Shown here: piece by piece, positions 38,024-47,726 of the stretch
Layout of the letters: each line of letters starts with the position of its first letter
Position numbering within the stretch: the stretch's first letter is position 1
NCBI GenBank assembly: GCA_963830545.1
Contig: CAWHMK010000002.1
Span: 25,749 to 89,748 of the forward strand
Direction: 5' to 3'
DNA length: 64,000 nucleotides
DNA from: Vulcanimicrobiota bacterium
GTDB lineage: Bacteria; Vulcanimicrobiota; Vulcanimicrobiia; Vulcanimicrobiales; Vulcanimicrobiaceae
Program-made: the position numbers and the translations under genes
The notes under the pieces: model-generated
Database searches by the model: none
Told to the model about the DNA's origin: nothing
The model's input: only the letters and a program-made list of their open reading frames with translations

Positions 38024-39155
38024 GGACGATCTCCTCGATGCGGTCTTCCGTCACGAGGATTACGCGCGGAATTCGTTTGTGAGCCGCATAAGCGAGGACT
38101 GCATCACGATCGAGCCCCCGCACCTCCAGGCGCACGCGCAAGCCTTTTCGCCGCTCCCGCGCGGCAATCGTGTCCGATCCGCTGACCAGCACGTCGACTT
38201 CGTTGCGCGGCCGTTCGTCGACGCGCCGGCGTTCGAGTGCGAGAAGGATGCGCTCGACGCCAACCATCCAACCGATCGCGGGAACGTCGAAGCCGAAACG
38301 CGGAAGCAGCGAGTCGTAGCGGCCGCCGCCGCAAAGAGAGAACCCCAAATCCGAGATATAGCCCTCGAAAACGAATCCGGTGTAGTACTCGAGATCGCGC
38401 AGCAGCGCAAAGTCGACGTTGATCCGCTCGCGGTACCCGAGCGCGGCGGCGCGATCCAGTATCTGCTCGAGGCGAGCGAGTGCCGCAACGGATTCCGGCG
38501 TTTCGCACATCGAACGCATCATATGCACGACCTCGATGCGGCCGCGCGTCATCGCGAGGCGGCGGATCGTCTCGTCTTCCATGGCGACGACGTTGCGGTC
38601 GGCGATCAATTGCTTGTAACGCCGCAATCCTTCGCCTTCGTGCCCAGCGCCTTGCAGAACTCCGTCCACGATAGCGGCGTCGTTCACGTCGAAGCATGCG
38701 TCCGTCAGGCCCACGGCGTCCAGCGTTTCTATGGCCATGAACAGCGCTTCGGCTTCGGCATCGACGCCGGCGGCGCCGATCAGTTCCGCGCCGGCCTGCG
38801 TGAATTCACGCATGCGACCGAGCTGCGGTTCTTCGTAGCGGAAACCGGTCGCGACGTACGAAAGCCGCTGCGGGAGCGTCGCATTTCGCAAACGAGCGGT
38901 GACGACGCGCGCAATCGGCGTCGTCATTTCGGTGCGCAGGGCGAGTTGCGATCCGAGCGGATCGGTGAAACGGAAGGTTTGCTGCATCAGTTTCTCACCA
39001 AGTCCGCGTTCGAGCGATTCATAGCTCTCGAACGTGGGCGTGAGCATCTCCGCGTAAGACCACGTACGGAACACGTGCCGGATCGTTTCCTCGATTTCGC
39101 GCTTGAACGCGAACTCTTGCGGCAGCCAGTCGCGCACGCCCGCGGGCAGTCTCAA
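38016..39155 (-). CDS. hisZ: ATP phosphoribosyltransferase regulatory subunit HisZ
   Basis: Class II aaRS-like: LPAGVRDWLPQE .. FRYEEPQLGRMREFTQAG. Tentative TTG start at 39155 after GAAGGTG. The ORF-track extension to 39272 overlaps dnaE. Confidence 0.8.
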   Translation of the reverse strand: MRLPAGVRDWLPQEFAFKREIEETIRHVFRTWSYAEMLTPTFESYESLERGLGEKLMQQTFRFTDPLGSQLALRTEMTTPIARVVTARLRNATLPQRLSYVATGFRYEEPQLGRMREFTQAGAELIGAAGVDAEAEALFMAIETLDAVGLTDACFDVNDAAIVDGVLQGAGHEGEGLRRYKQLIADRNVVAMEDETIRRLAMTRGRIEVVHMMRSMCETPESVAALARLEQILDRAAALGYRERINVDFALLRDLEYYTGFVFEGYISDLGFSLCGGGRYDSLLPRFGFDVPAIGWMVGVERILLALERRRVDERPRNEVDVLVSGSDTIAARERRKGLRVRLEVRGLDRDAVLAYAAHKRIPRVILVTEDRIEEIVLE

Positions 39156-39192
39156 CCCGCACCTTCTGCAGCTACGCGAAACTCCGGCATCG

Positions 39193-42100
39193 CTATTCGG
39201 GTGAGCCCTCCGAGACATTGGCGGATCCGAACACGCGAGCGAGTTCCGATCGCACGCGAGCGTCCGACGCAATGCCGCGCGGCAAGCGATGCGTACGGCT
39301 TCCTATGCGCGCCATGACCGGGACGGTGCCGGGCCACTCGTCCAGAATTGAAGCGAGCCGATCGACTTGTTCGCGACTGGATACCTGAACGTGCCAACCG
39401 GCGGGCGTACCGGTATAAGCCGGGCGTTCGAACGCAATCACTTCGTTCGCGCTCACCGAGAGTTCGACCGGAGCGTCTTCGCCGTTGTTCGCACCGCGGC
39501 GTTCGCGCATGCGCAGCCGGCCCTTCACGATGAGAATCCGGTCCTGTTCGAACAAACCGCTGACTTGCGGATAGAGCTTCGAGAATACGACCACGTCGAT
39601 CATTCCGGTCGTGTCTTCGAGCTGGGCAATCAGGATCTGCTGCCCCGCTTTGGTGAGCGTGCGCCGCACCGACGTAATCATGCCGGCGATCGTGACGAAG
39701 CTGTCGTCTTCACGCGCGCGCAGATCTTTGACGGCGGCGGCGCCGGTGCGCGAAAGCGCGTCGGCGACGTCGGCGAGAGGATGGCCGGAAACGAATATTC
39801 CGAGCGTTTCCTTTTCCCATTGCAGCGTCTGCATCGTATTCGGCGGCGGTAGGGACGGCAGCGTCGGGCTGAGCGCGTGCGCGACCGCCGGCGCCTCGCC
39901 GAACAGCGAAACCTGCCCCATTTCCTCGTCGCGTGACTCGGCTGCCGCAATATCCATCGCTGTTTCGAGCGCCGCCATTTTTTGCGCCCGATTGCCCGGT
40001 AAGCAATCCAGAGCGCCGCATTTGACGAGCGCTTCGAAGACGCGCCGGTTTACCTGTTTGGTGTCCACGCGTTTCGCGAGATCGAAGAGATCTTTGAACG
40101 CGCCGCCGGCCTCGCGCGCGTCCAGAATCACCTGCACGGCGCCCCCGCCGACGCCTTTGATCGCCGCAAGACCGAAACGAATCCGGTCGCCGACCACCGC
40201 AAAATCCGTGCGCGACTGGTTCAGATCCGGCGGCAGCACGGATATGCCCAGTTTCTTGGCTTCCTCGACGTACTCGACCAGTTTGTCGGTCCGCTCTTTC
40301 ACCGACGACATCAGCGCGGCGAAATACGGCAACGGCTGATTCGCCTTCAGATAAGCAGTTTGATACGCGACCGATGCATACGCCGCGGCGTGCGACTTGT
40401 TGAAGCCGTAGCCCGCGAAGGGTTCGATGAACTCGAAGATTTTCGCCGCGAGATGCTCGTCGATGTCCGAGTGCTCTTTGCACCCTTTGATGAACTTCTC
40501 GCGATAGACGGGAATTTTGTCCTTCTGCTTCTTTCCCATGACTTTGCGCAACTCGTCGGCTTGCCCCATGCTGAAGCCCGCCACGTCGCGAGCCATCTGC
40601 ATGACTTGTTCTTGATAGCATGCGACGGAGTACGTTTCCGAGAGGATCGCCTCGAGTTTGGGATGCAAATAGGACGGCTTTTGGCGTCCGTGCTTGACTG
40701 CGACGTAGGTGGGAATCCACTCCATCGGACCGGGCCGGTATAACGCAACCAGCGCGATGATGTCGTTGAAATCGGAAGGGCGCAGCTTCCGTGCAGACGC
40801 GGACGTACCCTTCGGATTCCAGTTGGAACACGCCCATGGTCTCGCCGCGCGAAAGCATGTCGTACGTGCGCCGATCGTCCTCGGGAATATGCGCGAGGTC
40901 AAAGTTCGGGTCGGTCGTGCGCCGGATTTCGTCGACGGCATTCTTCATGACGGTCAGGTTGCGCAAACCCAAGAAGTCCATCTTGAGCAGCCCGATGCGC
41001 TCCGCCCACACCATGTCGTACTGCGTGTTCACGCCCGTATCGCTTTTGGCCAGAGGCGCGTATTCTACCAGCGGCCCGGGCGAGATCACTACGCCCGCTG
41101 CATGGGTGCCGGCGTTGCGCGCCAAACCTTCGATAACTTTTGCCGTATCGAGCAGGCGGCGGATCTCGGGCGACATCGCATACAGGCTTTTCAATTCCGG
41201 AATTTGCTCGAGTGCTTGCGCGATGGACATGCCGCCGGGACCGGAGGGAATCAACTTTGCAACCCGGTCGACGTCGGGCAGCGGCACCGCAAGCGCGCGC
41301 CCGGCGTCGCGAACGGCCGCCCGCGCAGCCATCGTGCCGAACGTAACGATCTGCGCAACGCGGTCGGCACCGTACTTTTCCGTGACGTACTTAATGACTT
41401 CGTCGCGCCGCTCGACGCAGAAATCCGTATCGATATCCGGCATCGAGATGCGCTCCGGATTCAGAAAGCGTTCGAAGAGCAGATTGTACTTGAGCGGATC
41501 GAGGTCCGTGATCTTCAAGCAGTATGCGACGACCGAGCCGACCGCGGAACCGCGGCCCGGCCCGACCGGAATGTCATGATCCTTTGCGTATTTGATGAAA
41601 TCCCACACGATGAGGAAGTACGACGCGAAGCCCATCTTCAGGATGACGTCGAGCTCGTATTCGAAGCGCTCCCGCAAAGATGCGTCGTTTGTTGAGCGCT
41701 CGACACCGTACCGGTCGGCCAGTCCCCGCTCGCACACCTCGCGCAGATATTCTTCTGCGCTTTTTTCTTTCTGCGGCTCGTCTTGAGGCACCGGAAACGC
41801 CGGCAGATGATAAATCTTCTCGGGAATACGGATGTCCACGCGTCGCGCGATTGCGGCCGTGTTTTCGCACGCTTCCGGAAGATCGGCCCAGAGCTCGCGC
41901 ATCTCCGCGTCGCTCTTCACGTAGAACTGATCGGAGTAGAACTTCATCCGGCTGCTGTCGGAAACGGTCTTGCCGGTTCCGATGCAGAGAAGCACGTCGT
42001 GCGCCGGCGCGTCGTTCTGAACCAAGTAGTGCGAATCGTTGGTCGCGACGAGCGGAATGTGCAACTCGCGTGCGACCTTCACGAGCCCTTGGTTGATCAC

Positions 42101-42640
42101 TTCTTCTTCCGGCATTCCGTGGCGCATCACTTCGATGTAGAACCGGTCGCCGAAGATGTCGTGGAACGTTTTCGCCGCATCCCGCGATTTCTCGTAATCG
42201 TTCTTGAGCAGCGGCGAGGCCACCATGCCGGACATGCACCCGGATAGGACGATCAGTCCGCGGTTGTGCTTTTCCAGCAGATCCAGATCGATGCGCGGCT
42301 TGTAGTAATATCCCTCGAGGAAGCCCTTGGAAATGAGGGCCGTTAAGTTTCTGTATCCCTCGACGTCTGCGGCCAGCAGCGTGACGTGGGCTTCCTCCCG
42401 AACGGTGCGGTCGAAGCGTCCGCGCGGCGCGATATAGGCCTCGCACCCGATGATCGGGGTGAGTTTGAAATCGCGCGCAGTGTAGTAAAATTCCATGGCG
42501 CCGTACATGACGCCGTGGTCGGTCAGTGCAACGGCGGGGCTGCCGTCTTCGGCGGAACGCCGGCAGAGCCCGTCGACGCGGCAGGCTCCGTCCAAAAGCG
42601 AGTACTCACTGTGGACATGAAGATGAACGAACTGACTCAC
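39193..42640 (-). CDS. dnaE: DNA polymerase III alpha subunit (frame interrupted near 40800)
   Basis: PHP domain MSQFVHLHVHSEYSLLDG, polymerase core, and OB domain. ORF 39710..42640 is valid to ..GVFQLESEG. ORF 39193..40941 is valid from ..KLRPSDFNDIIALVALYRPGPM. 3448 nt = 3n+1. Confidence 0.9.
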
Positions 42641-42711
42641 CGGACGGTTTTTTCGACCCTTTGCTTCGGCACGTAAAACTAAAGAAACGGACAGATTAAG
42701 ACGTTACAGTA

Positions 42712-43887
42712 TTGGTGGGCTTGAACCTGTCCCCGGCGGGCGCCCAACCCGTCCAAGACGCCCCGGAAAAGGCCGAACTCCTCGCCGAGATCGAGCGCCT
42801 GCGCTCGCGTATTGCCATGATCGAAGCCGAACGCGACGAGTACGCGCAGCAGAATGCCGAACTGTTCGTGCTTCAGCAAGTTTTCTCCACCATCAATTCG
42901 ACGCTCGACATCAACGACATCTTGTCGATGGTGCTGCGCGGCGTAACCGAAGCGCTGAAGTTCCGCCGGGTCATCCTCTTCGACGTCGACGAACACGGCA
43001 ACGTCGTCCGGCGGTTGGAAGGCGATGCGAACGGCACCGTGGTCCATTCGTCCGACGCATTCGACTTTCTGCCGAACTCGACGCTGCACGACGTCGCGCA
43101 CGGTGTGCTGCAAGTTGCGTTCGGGCACGAATCCGATCCGGATAAACCCCTCTCGGACACCGAAGGTTCCTATTGCGTGGCACCGCTGGTCGCGCGCGAC
43201 ATCGTTCGCGGCATGCTGTACGTCGATCGCCCTCCGGGCGATGAGGTGAGCGAGAACCAGCTCCGCGTCCTCTTGGATTTTGCCGCGCAAGCCGCCATAG
43301 CCGTTGAAAACGCGCGCTTGTACGAAGAGACGCGCCGCCTGCTCGAAGAAACGCAGCGCCTGGCGCTCACCGATACGCTTACCGCCATTCCTAACCGTCG
43401 CGCGCTGGATGAAATGCTCGACCGCGAATTGCACACGTCCGAACGGTACGACACCCCTTTTGCATTCATCATTTTGGATCTGGACGATCTCAAGAAGATC
43501 AACGACTCCGGCGGCCACAGCCTAGGCGACCTGGCGCTCAAGCGGTTCGCCAACGTCTTGAAAAAGACGGCGCGTAAAGGCGACATCGTTGCCCGCTACG
43601 CCGGCGACGAATTCGTCGTCGTCATGACCAAAACCGATCGTGAAGCGGCCGAACGCGGCGTGGAGCGCCTTCTCTCGGCACTGCGCCGGAACGGTTTGCA
43701 AACGTCGATCGGCGTCGCGATGTTTCCGCTCGACGGCATCGACGGTCAAACGCTTTTTTTTGCCGCCGACGAAGCGCTGTATCATGCCAAACAGAGCGGC
43801 AAAAACGCGTTTCGTTTCTTCGATCGCAAGAGCGCCATCGCATTGAAGGCGAGCGCCTTGGGCGCCGCATCGGCGGAAGCGGACTAA
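42712..43887 (+). CDS. GAF-GGDEF diguanylate cyclase (AGDEF variant, intact RxxD I-site)
   Basis: Coiled N-terminus, GAF-like middle, then LTAIPNRRAL .. FIILDLDDLKKINDSGGHSLGD .. RKGDIVARYAGDEFVV. Confidence 0.85.
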   Translation: MVGLNLSPAGAQPVQDAPEKAELLAEIERLRSRIAMIEAERDEYAQQNAELFVLQQVFSTINSTLDINDILSMVLRGVTEALKFRRVILFDVDEHGNVVRRLEGDANGTVVHSSDAFDFLPNSTLHDVAHGVLQVAFGHESDPDKPLSDTEGSYCVAPLVARDIVRGMLYVDRPPGDEVSENQLRVLLDFAAQAAIAVENARLYEETRRLLEETQRLALTDTLTAIPNRRALDEMLDRELHTSERYDTPFAFIILDLDDLKKINDSGGHSLGDLALKRFANVLKKTARKGDIVARYAGDEFVVVMTKTDREAAERGVERLLSALRRNGLQTSIGVAMFPLDGIDGQTLFFAADEALYHAKQSGKNAFRFFDRKSAIALKASALGAASAEAD

Positions 43888-44042
43888 CGCCAACAATCAA
43901 GCAAGAAGGCGTTAAGTTTCGCACAACTCCGCCTTTCCTGGGCGCAAATACTCACGACGCACGCTTGCCTGTTTGTTACGATGCGAGCAATGACGGCGGC
44001 GCACTTTACAGCGCAGCCCGATTTGGATGTCGGGGGGACATC

Positions 44043-44417
44043 ATGAACGACAGAAAACGCGCGACGTACGAACGCCTCGTTCAAGCCTCGCTTCTGATCG
44101 AAGAAGCGGGCCAGGAGGCTTCGCGCGCGGCGAACGTCGCCGCAAACGCGCGCCAACCCATCGCTCGCATCGCCGAAAGCGTGCTCGAATTGCACGAGCT
44201 CGCATCTGCGCTCAATGAAATTTGCAGTTCCGCGGACGCACTGTATCCGCGCGTGGCTGCCCGATTGGGTAACGCTTCGCGCGTTGCGGGACGGCTTGCC
44301 GGCACACTTCTGACGGAAGTGAATCGCGCTCAAGCCGGTTTGGATAAAATGCACCTCTCCGTCCGCAGGTCCTCAGAATGTACGCAAGAAGCATCCAGCC
44401 TGATCAAAGTAGCGTGA
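44043..44417 (+). CDS. Hypothetical all-helical protein (124 aa), paralogue 1
   Basis: ATG 44043 after GGGGGGA. Ala/Leu/Glu-rich helical sequence with a single Cys in SSECTQEA. No recognised family. Confidence 0.5.
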   Translation: MNDRKRATYERLVQASLLIEEAGQEASRAANVAANARQPIARIAESVLELHELASALNEICSSADALYPRVAARLGNASRVAGRLAGTLLTEVNRAQAGLDKMHLSVRRSSECTQEASSLIKVA

Positions 44418-44827
44418 ACAGCGCAGCCCTCGTCACCGAATTGCTGCAGGCGCTCGTGGAATCCAGTACGGCCGGCGATCAAGCCGCTTCGAAACTCGGC
44501 GAGGTGCTGCGCTCGAACGAAATGTCCAGCGAACAGGCGCTTACGGTCGAGCGCGTTTTCAAGGCGCTTCGCGCGCATTTCGAAGGTCTCGCGCAAGTGC
44601 ACGAGTCACTGGCGCCCTATCTCCCACCTGAGCAAGCGGCACAGCTGCACGCGGCCGTCGTCGAGTTGCGAGGCAGGCTGGGGCTCGCCGCCGGCGCGTT
44701 ACGCCGGTGGAATCTCGGCGCGCAATCCTGCACGGAAACCGCTCGCCAAGCCAGCACGACGATGACGTCCGTTCGTACGACCCTCACCAACGCGATCCAC
44801 GCAGCCGAACAGATTCTCGTCTTTTAG
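44414..44827 (+). CDS. Hypothetical all-helical protein (137 aa), paralogue 2
   Basis: GTG 44414 overlaps the upstream stop (GTGA). Shares ALYPRV/LAPYLP, RVAGRLAGTL/RGRLGLAAGAL and SECTQEA/SCTETA blocks with 44043..44417. Confidence 0.5.
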   Translation: MNSAALVTELLQALVESSTAGDQAASKLGEVLRSNEMSSEQALTVERVFKALRAHFEGLAQVHESLAPYLPPEQAAQLHAAVVELRGRLGLAAGALRRWNLGAQSCTETARQASTTMTSVRTTLTNAIHAAEQILVF

Positions 44828-44861
44828 AGCGGACCGCTCGCCCCCACCTGACTAAGGTCGT

Positions 44862-44890
44862 TTGGGTACCGTAAACCGGAGTAGTATAAA
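44862..44890 (+). promoter_or_regulatory. Candidate sigma-70-type promoter of the sdh operon
   Basis: TTGGGT (44862..44867), 17-nt spacer, TATAAA (44885..44890). Lies 60 nt upstream of the sdhA GTG. Confidence 0.35.
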
Positions 44891-44950
44891 GAAGCAAAGC
44901 TCTTATACGCCTCCGCCTTTCCACGGCGTCGAGGGTACGGAAAGGTCCAC

Positions 44951-46637
44951 GTGATCAAGCACGACGTCGTCGTCATTGGTGGCGGCTTGGCCGGCATGCG
45001 CGCTGCGGTCGAGGCGGCAGAGCGCGGTGCCGACGTCGCCATCGTCAGCAAGATGCACCCGGTTCGCAGCCACTCGGGCGCGGCGCAGGGCGGCATCAAC
45101 GCCGCTCTCGGTAACCGCGAGGAAGACACCCCGCAGAACCACGCCTTCGACACGGCCAAGGGTTCCGATTATCTGGGCGATCAAGACGCGATCGAAGCGA
45201 TGTGCGAGGACGCACCGCATCAGATCATTTGGCTCGAGCATCGCGGCTGCATCTTTTCGCGGCTGCCCGACGGACGCATCGCGCAACGTCCGTTCGGCGG
45301 GGCGGGAGCGCCGCGCACGTGTTACTCCGCGGACGTCACCGGACTGGTCATTCTGCACACGCTGTGGGAGCAGCTCGAACGCTTCAACGTAAAAGTGTAC
45401 GAGGAATACTTCTGCACCGCGCTTTGCATCGAAGACGGCGCCGGCGCGGGGGTGGTCGCGTACAACATGCGCAATGGCGAACTCGAGCTAATCAACGCGA
45501 AGGCCACCATCTTCGCCACAGGCGGTGCGGGCCGCATGTACGCGAAGACGACGAACGGATACGCTTCCACGGCCGACGGATTGGGCATCGCGTTCCGCGC
45601 CGGCATACCGATTATGGACTTGGAATTCGTGCAGTTCCATCCCACCTCGCTGAAAGAGAACGGCGTGCTGCTCTCCGAAGCGGCCCGCGGCGAAGGAGCG
45701 TATCTGCTGAACGCGAGCGGCGAGCGCTTCATGTTCAAGTACGCGCCGAACAAAGGCGAACTGGCTTCACGCGACGTCGTCTCTCGGGCCGAATGGACGG
45801 AAATTCTGGAGGGCCGCGGCGTCGACGGCTGCGTACTGCTCGACCTGCGTCACTTAGGCCGCGAAAAGATCCTCGAGCGTCTTCCGCAAATCCGCGAACT
45901 CGCGCTGGACGCGACCGGTAAAGACGCAATCGACTCGCCCATTCCGATTCTACCCGGCATGCACTACACCATGGGCGGCATCGAAACGGACATCAACGGG
46001 GCAACGCGCGTCCCCGGCGTTTATGCCGCGGGTGAATGCGCAACGCCGAGCGTCCATGGTGCGAACCGCTTGGGCGGCAACTCGCTTCTCGAAACCATCG
46101 TCTTCGGTTCGCGAAGCGCAAAGCACGCCATCGAGTACATCAAGTCCGCCGGTGAGGTCCCCCCCTCGGAACGCACGCTCCAGCAAGAGAAAGACCGCTT
46201 GAACAAGTGGCTCTCCAAGAGCGGCGGCACGCGCGCGCCGCAGTACCGCGCGGCAATGAACCGCACGATGAGCGAGAACTGCTTCATTTTCCGCAACGAG
46301 AAACAGACTTCAGACGGCCGTCGACGAGCTGCTCGAGATTCGCAAGCAGTTCGACGAAAACGTCTACGTGATGGACAAATCCAAAACATTCAACACTGAT
46401 TTGGTCAACACGATGGAGACGGACTTCCTCATCGACGCAGCGATGTGCGTTGCCAACGGTGCGCTTGCGCGCAAGGAATCCCGCGGAGCACAGGCTCGGA
46501 CGGATTTCCCCGAGCGCGACGACGAAAACTGGATGATCCACACCCTCGCATGGCGCCGGGACGGCCGTAACCCCGAACTCGACTACTCGCGCAAAGTCAC
46601 GATCACCAAGTGGCAGCCGCAGGTCAGAACGTACTGA
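44951..46637 (+). CDS. sdhA: Succinate dehydrogenase/fumarate reductase flavoprotein subunit (frame interrupted near 46305)
   Basis: VVVIGGGLAGMRAA. FAD-attachment His in RSHSGAAQGGINAAL. ORF 44951..46399 is valid to ..FIFRNEKQ. The +1 frame continues LQTAVDELLEIRKQFDENVYVMDKSK.. into ORF 46368..46637. Confidence 0.9.
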
Positions 46638-46639
46638 GA

Positions 46640-47602
46640 ATGGCGAAAATCAAACTCGACATCTTCCGCTTCGACGAAGCCGTCGACGAGGTTCCTCACC
46701 GCGACGTCGTCGAGGTGGATATTCCGGAAACGACGACTGTGCTCGACGCGCTCGAGGAAGCGAAGGCGCAAGTCGATGGCTCGATCAGTTTCCGGCGGTC
46801 CTGCCGCTCGGCGATCTGCGGATCGTGCTCGATGAACATCAACGGCGTTACCGGACTTGCGTGCAAGACGCCGTGCAACACCGTCATGGATCGCGAAGGC
46901 GAGATTCATATCGACCCGATGCCGAACTTCCAGCCGATGCGCGACCTTGTCGTGCACATGGATCCGTTCTGGGACAAATACACCCGGCTCAAACCCTACC
47001 TGCAGCCTGCCGACAAAGACGAGCAGCATTCGACGGAACGCCGCGTAAGTCCAGAAGACATGAAGAAACTCGTGGATGTCGCGAATTGCATCATGTGCGC
47101 GACGTGCTATGCGCTGTGTCCGGTCGTCAGCGTCGATCCCGCGTTCGCGGGACCGGCGGCAATTGCGTACGCCTACCGCTTCATCGAGGACGTGCGGGAT
47201 GGCGAGCGCTCCGAACGCCTCGCGCAAATCAACGAAGACTACTTGTGGTTGTGCGCACACTGCTATGCGTGCTCGTACTGTCCGAAACACGTAGACCCGC
47301 ACTGGCGCATCGTCGACGTCAAGCGCGCCACCATCAACGATCGCGTCATGCTGAACGAGCGCGGACCGCGCCACGCGCTCATCGTCAACAAGACGATCCG
47401 GCAAACCGGTATGCTTGCCGAGACGGAAGTGGTTCAGGGCACCGTCGGCCGCTTCAACATTCGCGGCGTGTTGAAAGTCGCTCCACTCGCATTACGCATG
47501 GCGGCCAAAGGCAAACTGCCGCCGCCCTTCGTCAAACCGATCCCGAAAGTCGACGAAGTGCGCACCATATTCCAGTCCTTGGAGGTCCCGGTCAGTTCAT
47601 GA
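46640..47602 (+). CDS. sdhB: Succinate dehydrogenase iron-sulfur subunit, non-classical
   Basis: Start ATG 46640. 2Fe-2S CRSAICGSCSMNINGVTGLAC, 4Fe-4S CIMCATCYALCP, and a third cluster motif CAHCYACSYCP carrying an extra Cys. About 95-aa C-terminal extension. Confidence 0.9.
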   Translation: MAKIKLDIFRFDEAVDEVPHRDVVEVDIPETTTVLDALEEAKAQVDGSISFRRSCRSAICGSCSMNINGVTGLACKTPCNTVMDREGEIHIDPMPNFQPMRDLVVHMDPFWDKYTRLKPYLQPADKDEQHSTERRVSPEDMKKLVDVANCIMCATCYALCPVVSVDPAFAGPAAIAYAYRFIEDVRDGERSERLAQINEDYLWLCAHCYACSYCPKHVDPHWRIVDVKRATINDRVMLNERGPRHALIVNKTIRQTGMLAETEVVQGTVGRFNIRGVLKVAPLALRMAAKGKLPPPFVKPIPKVDEVRTIFQSLEVPVSS

Positions 47603-47726
47603 TCACGAATCGCACACGCGCAACCTCGGGGAGAGTTCCCGCTTGCAGACCGGACATCCGGCGCGCGATGGAGGGGGCCCCGGCTATGCCGGGGGGCGCG
47701 GAATCTCGGATGGAGCGCCTGTAAAA

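Noticed and set aside
37944-39317. 457-aa plus-strand ORF antisense to hisZ (similar shadows at 23720..24544 and 42679..43518)
   Set aside because: These are shadow ORFs opposite well-supported genes (hisZ, the lipid kinase, the GGDEF protein). None has any motif.
39710-40790. About 360-codon continuation of the dnaE N-terminal ORF past the frame break
   Set aside because: It is an Arg/Gly-rich out-of-frame read-through of the real DnaE C-terminal half. It is not an alternative product.
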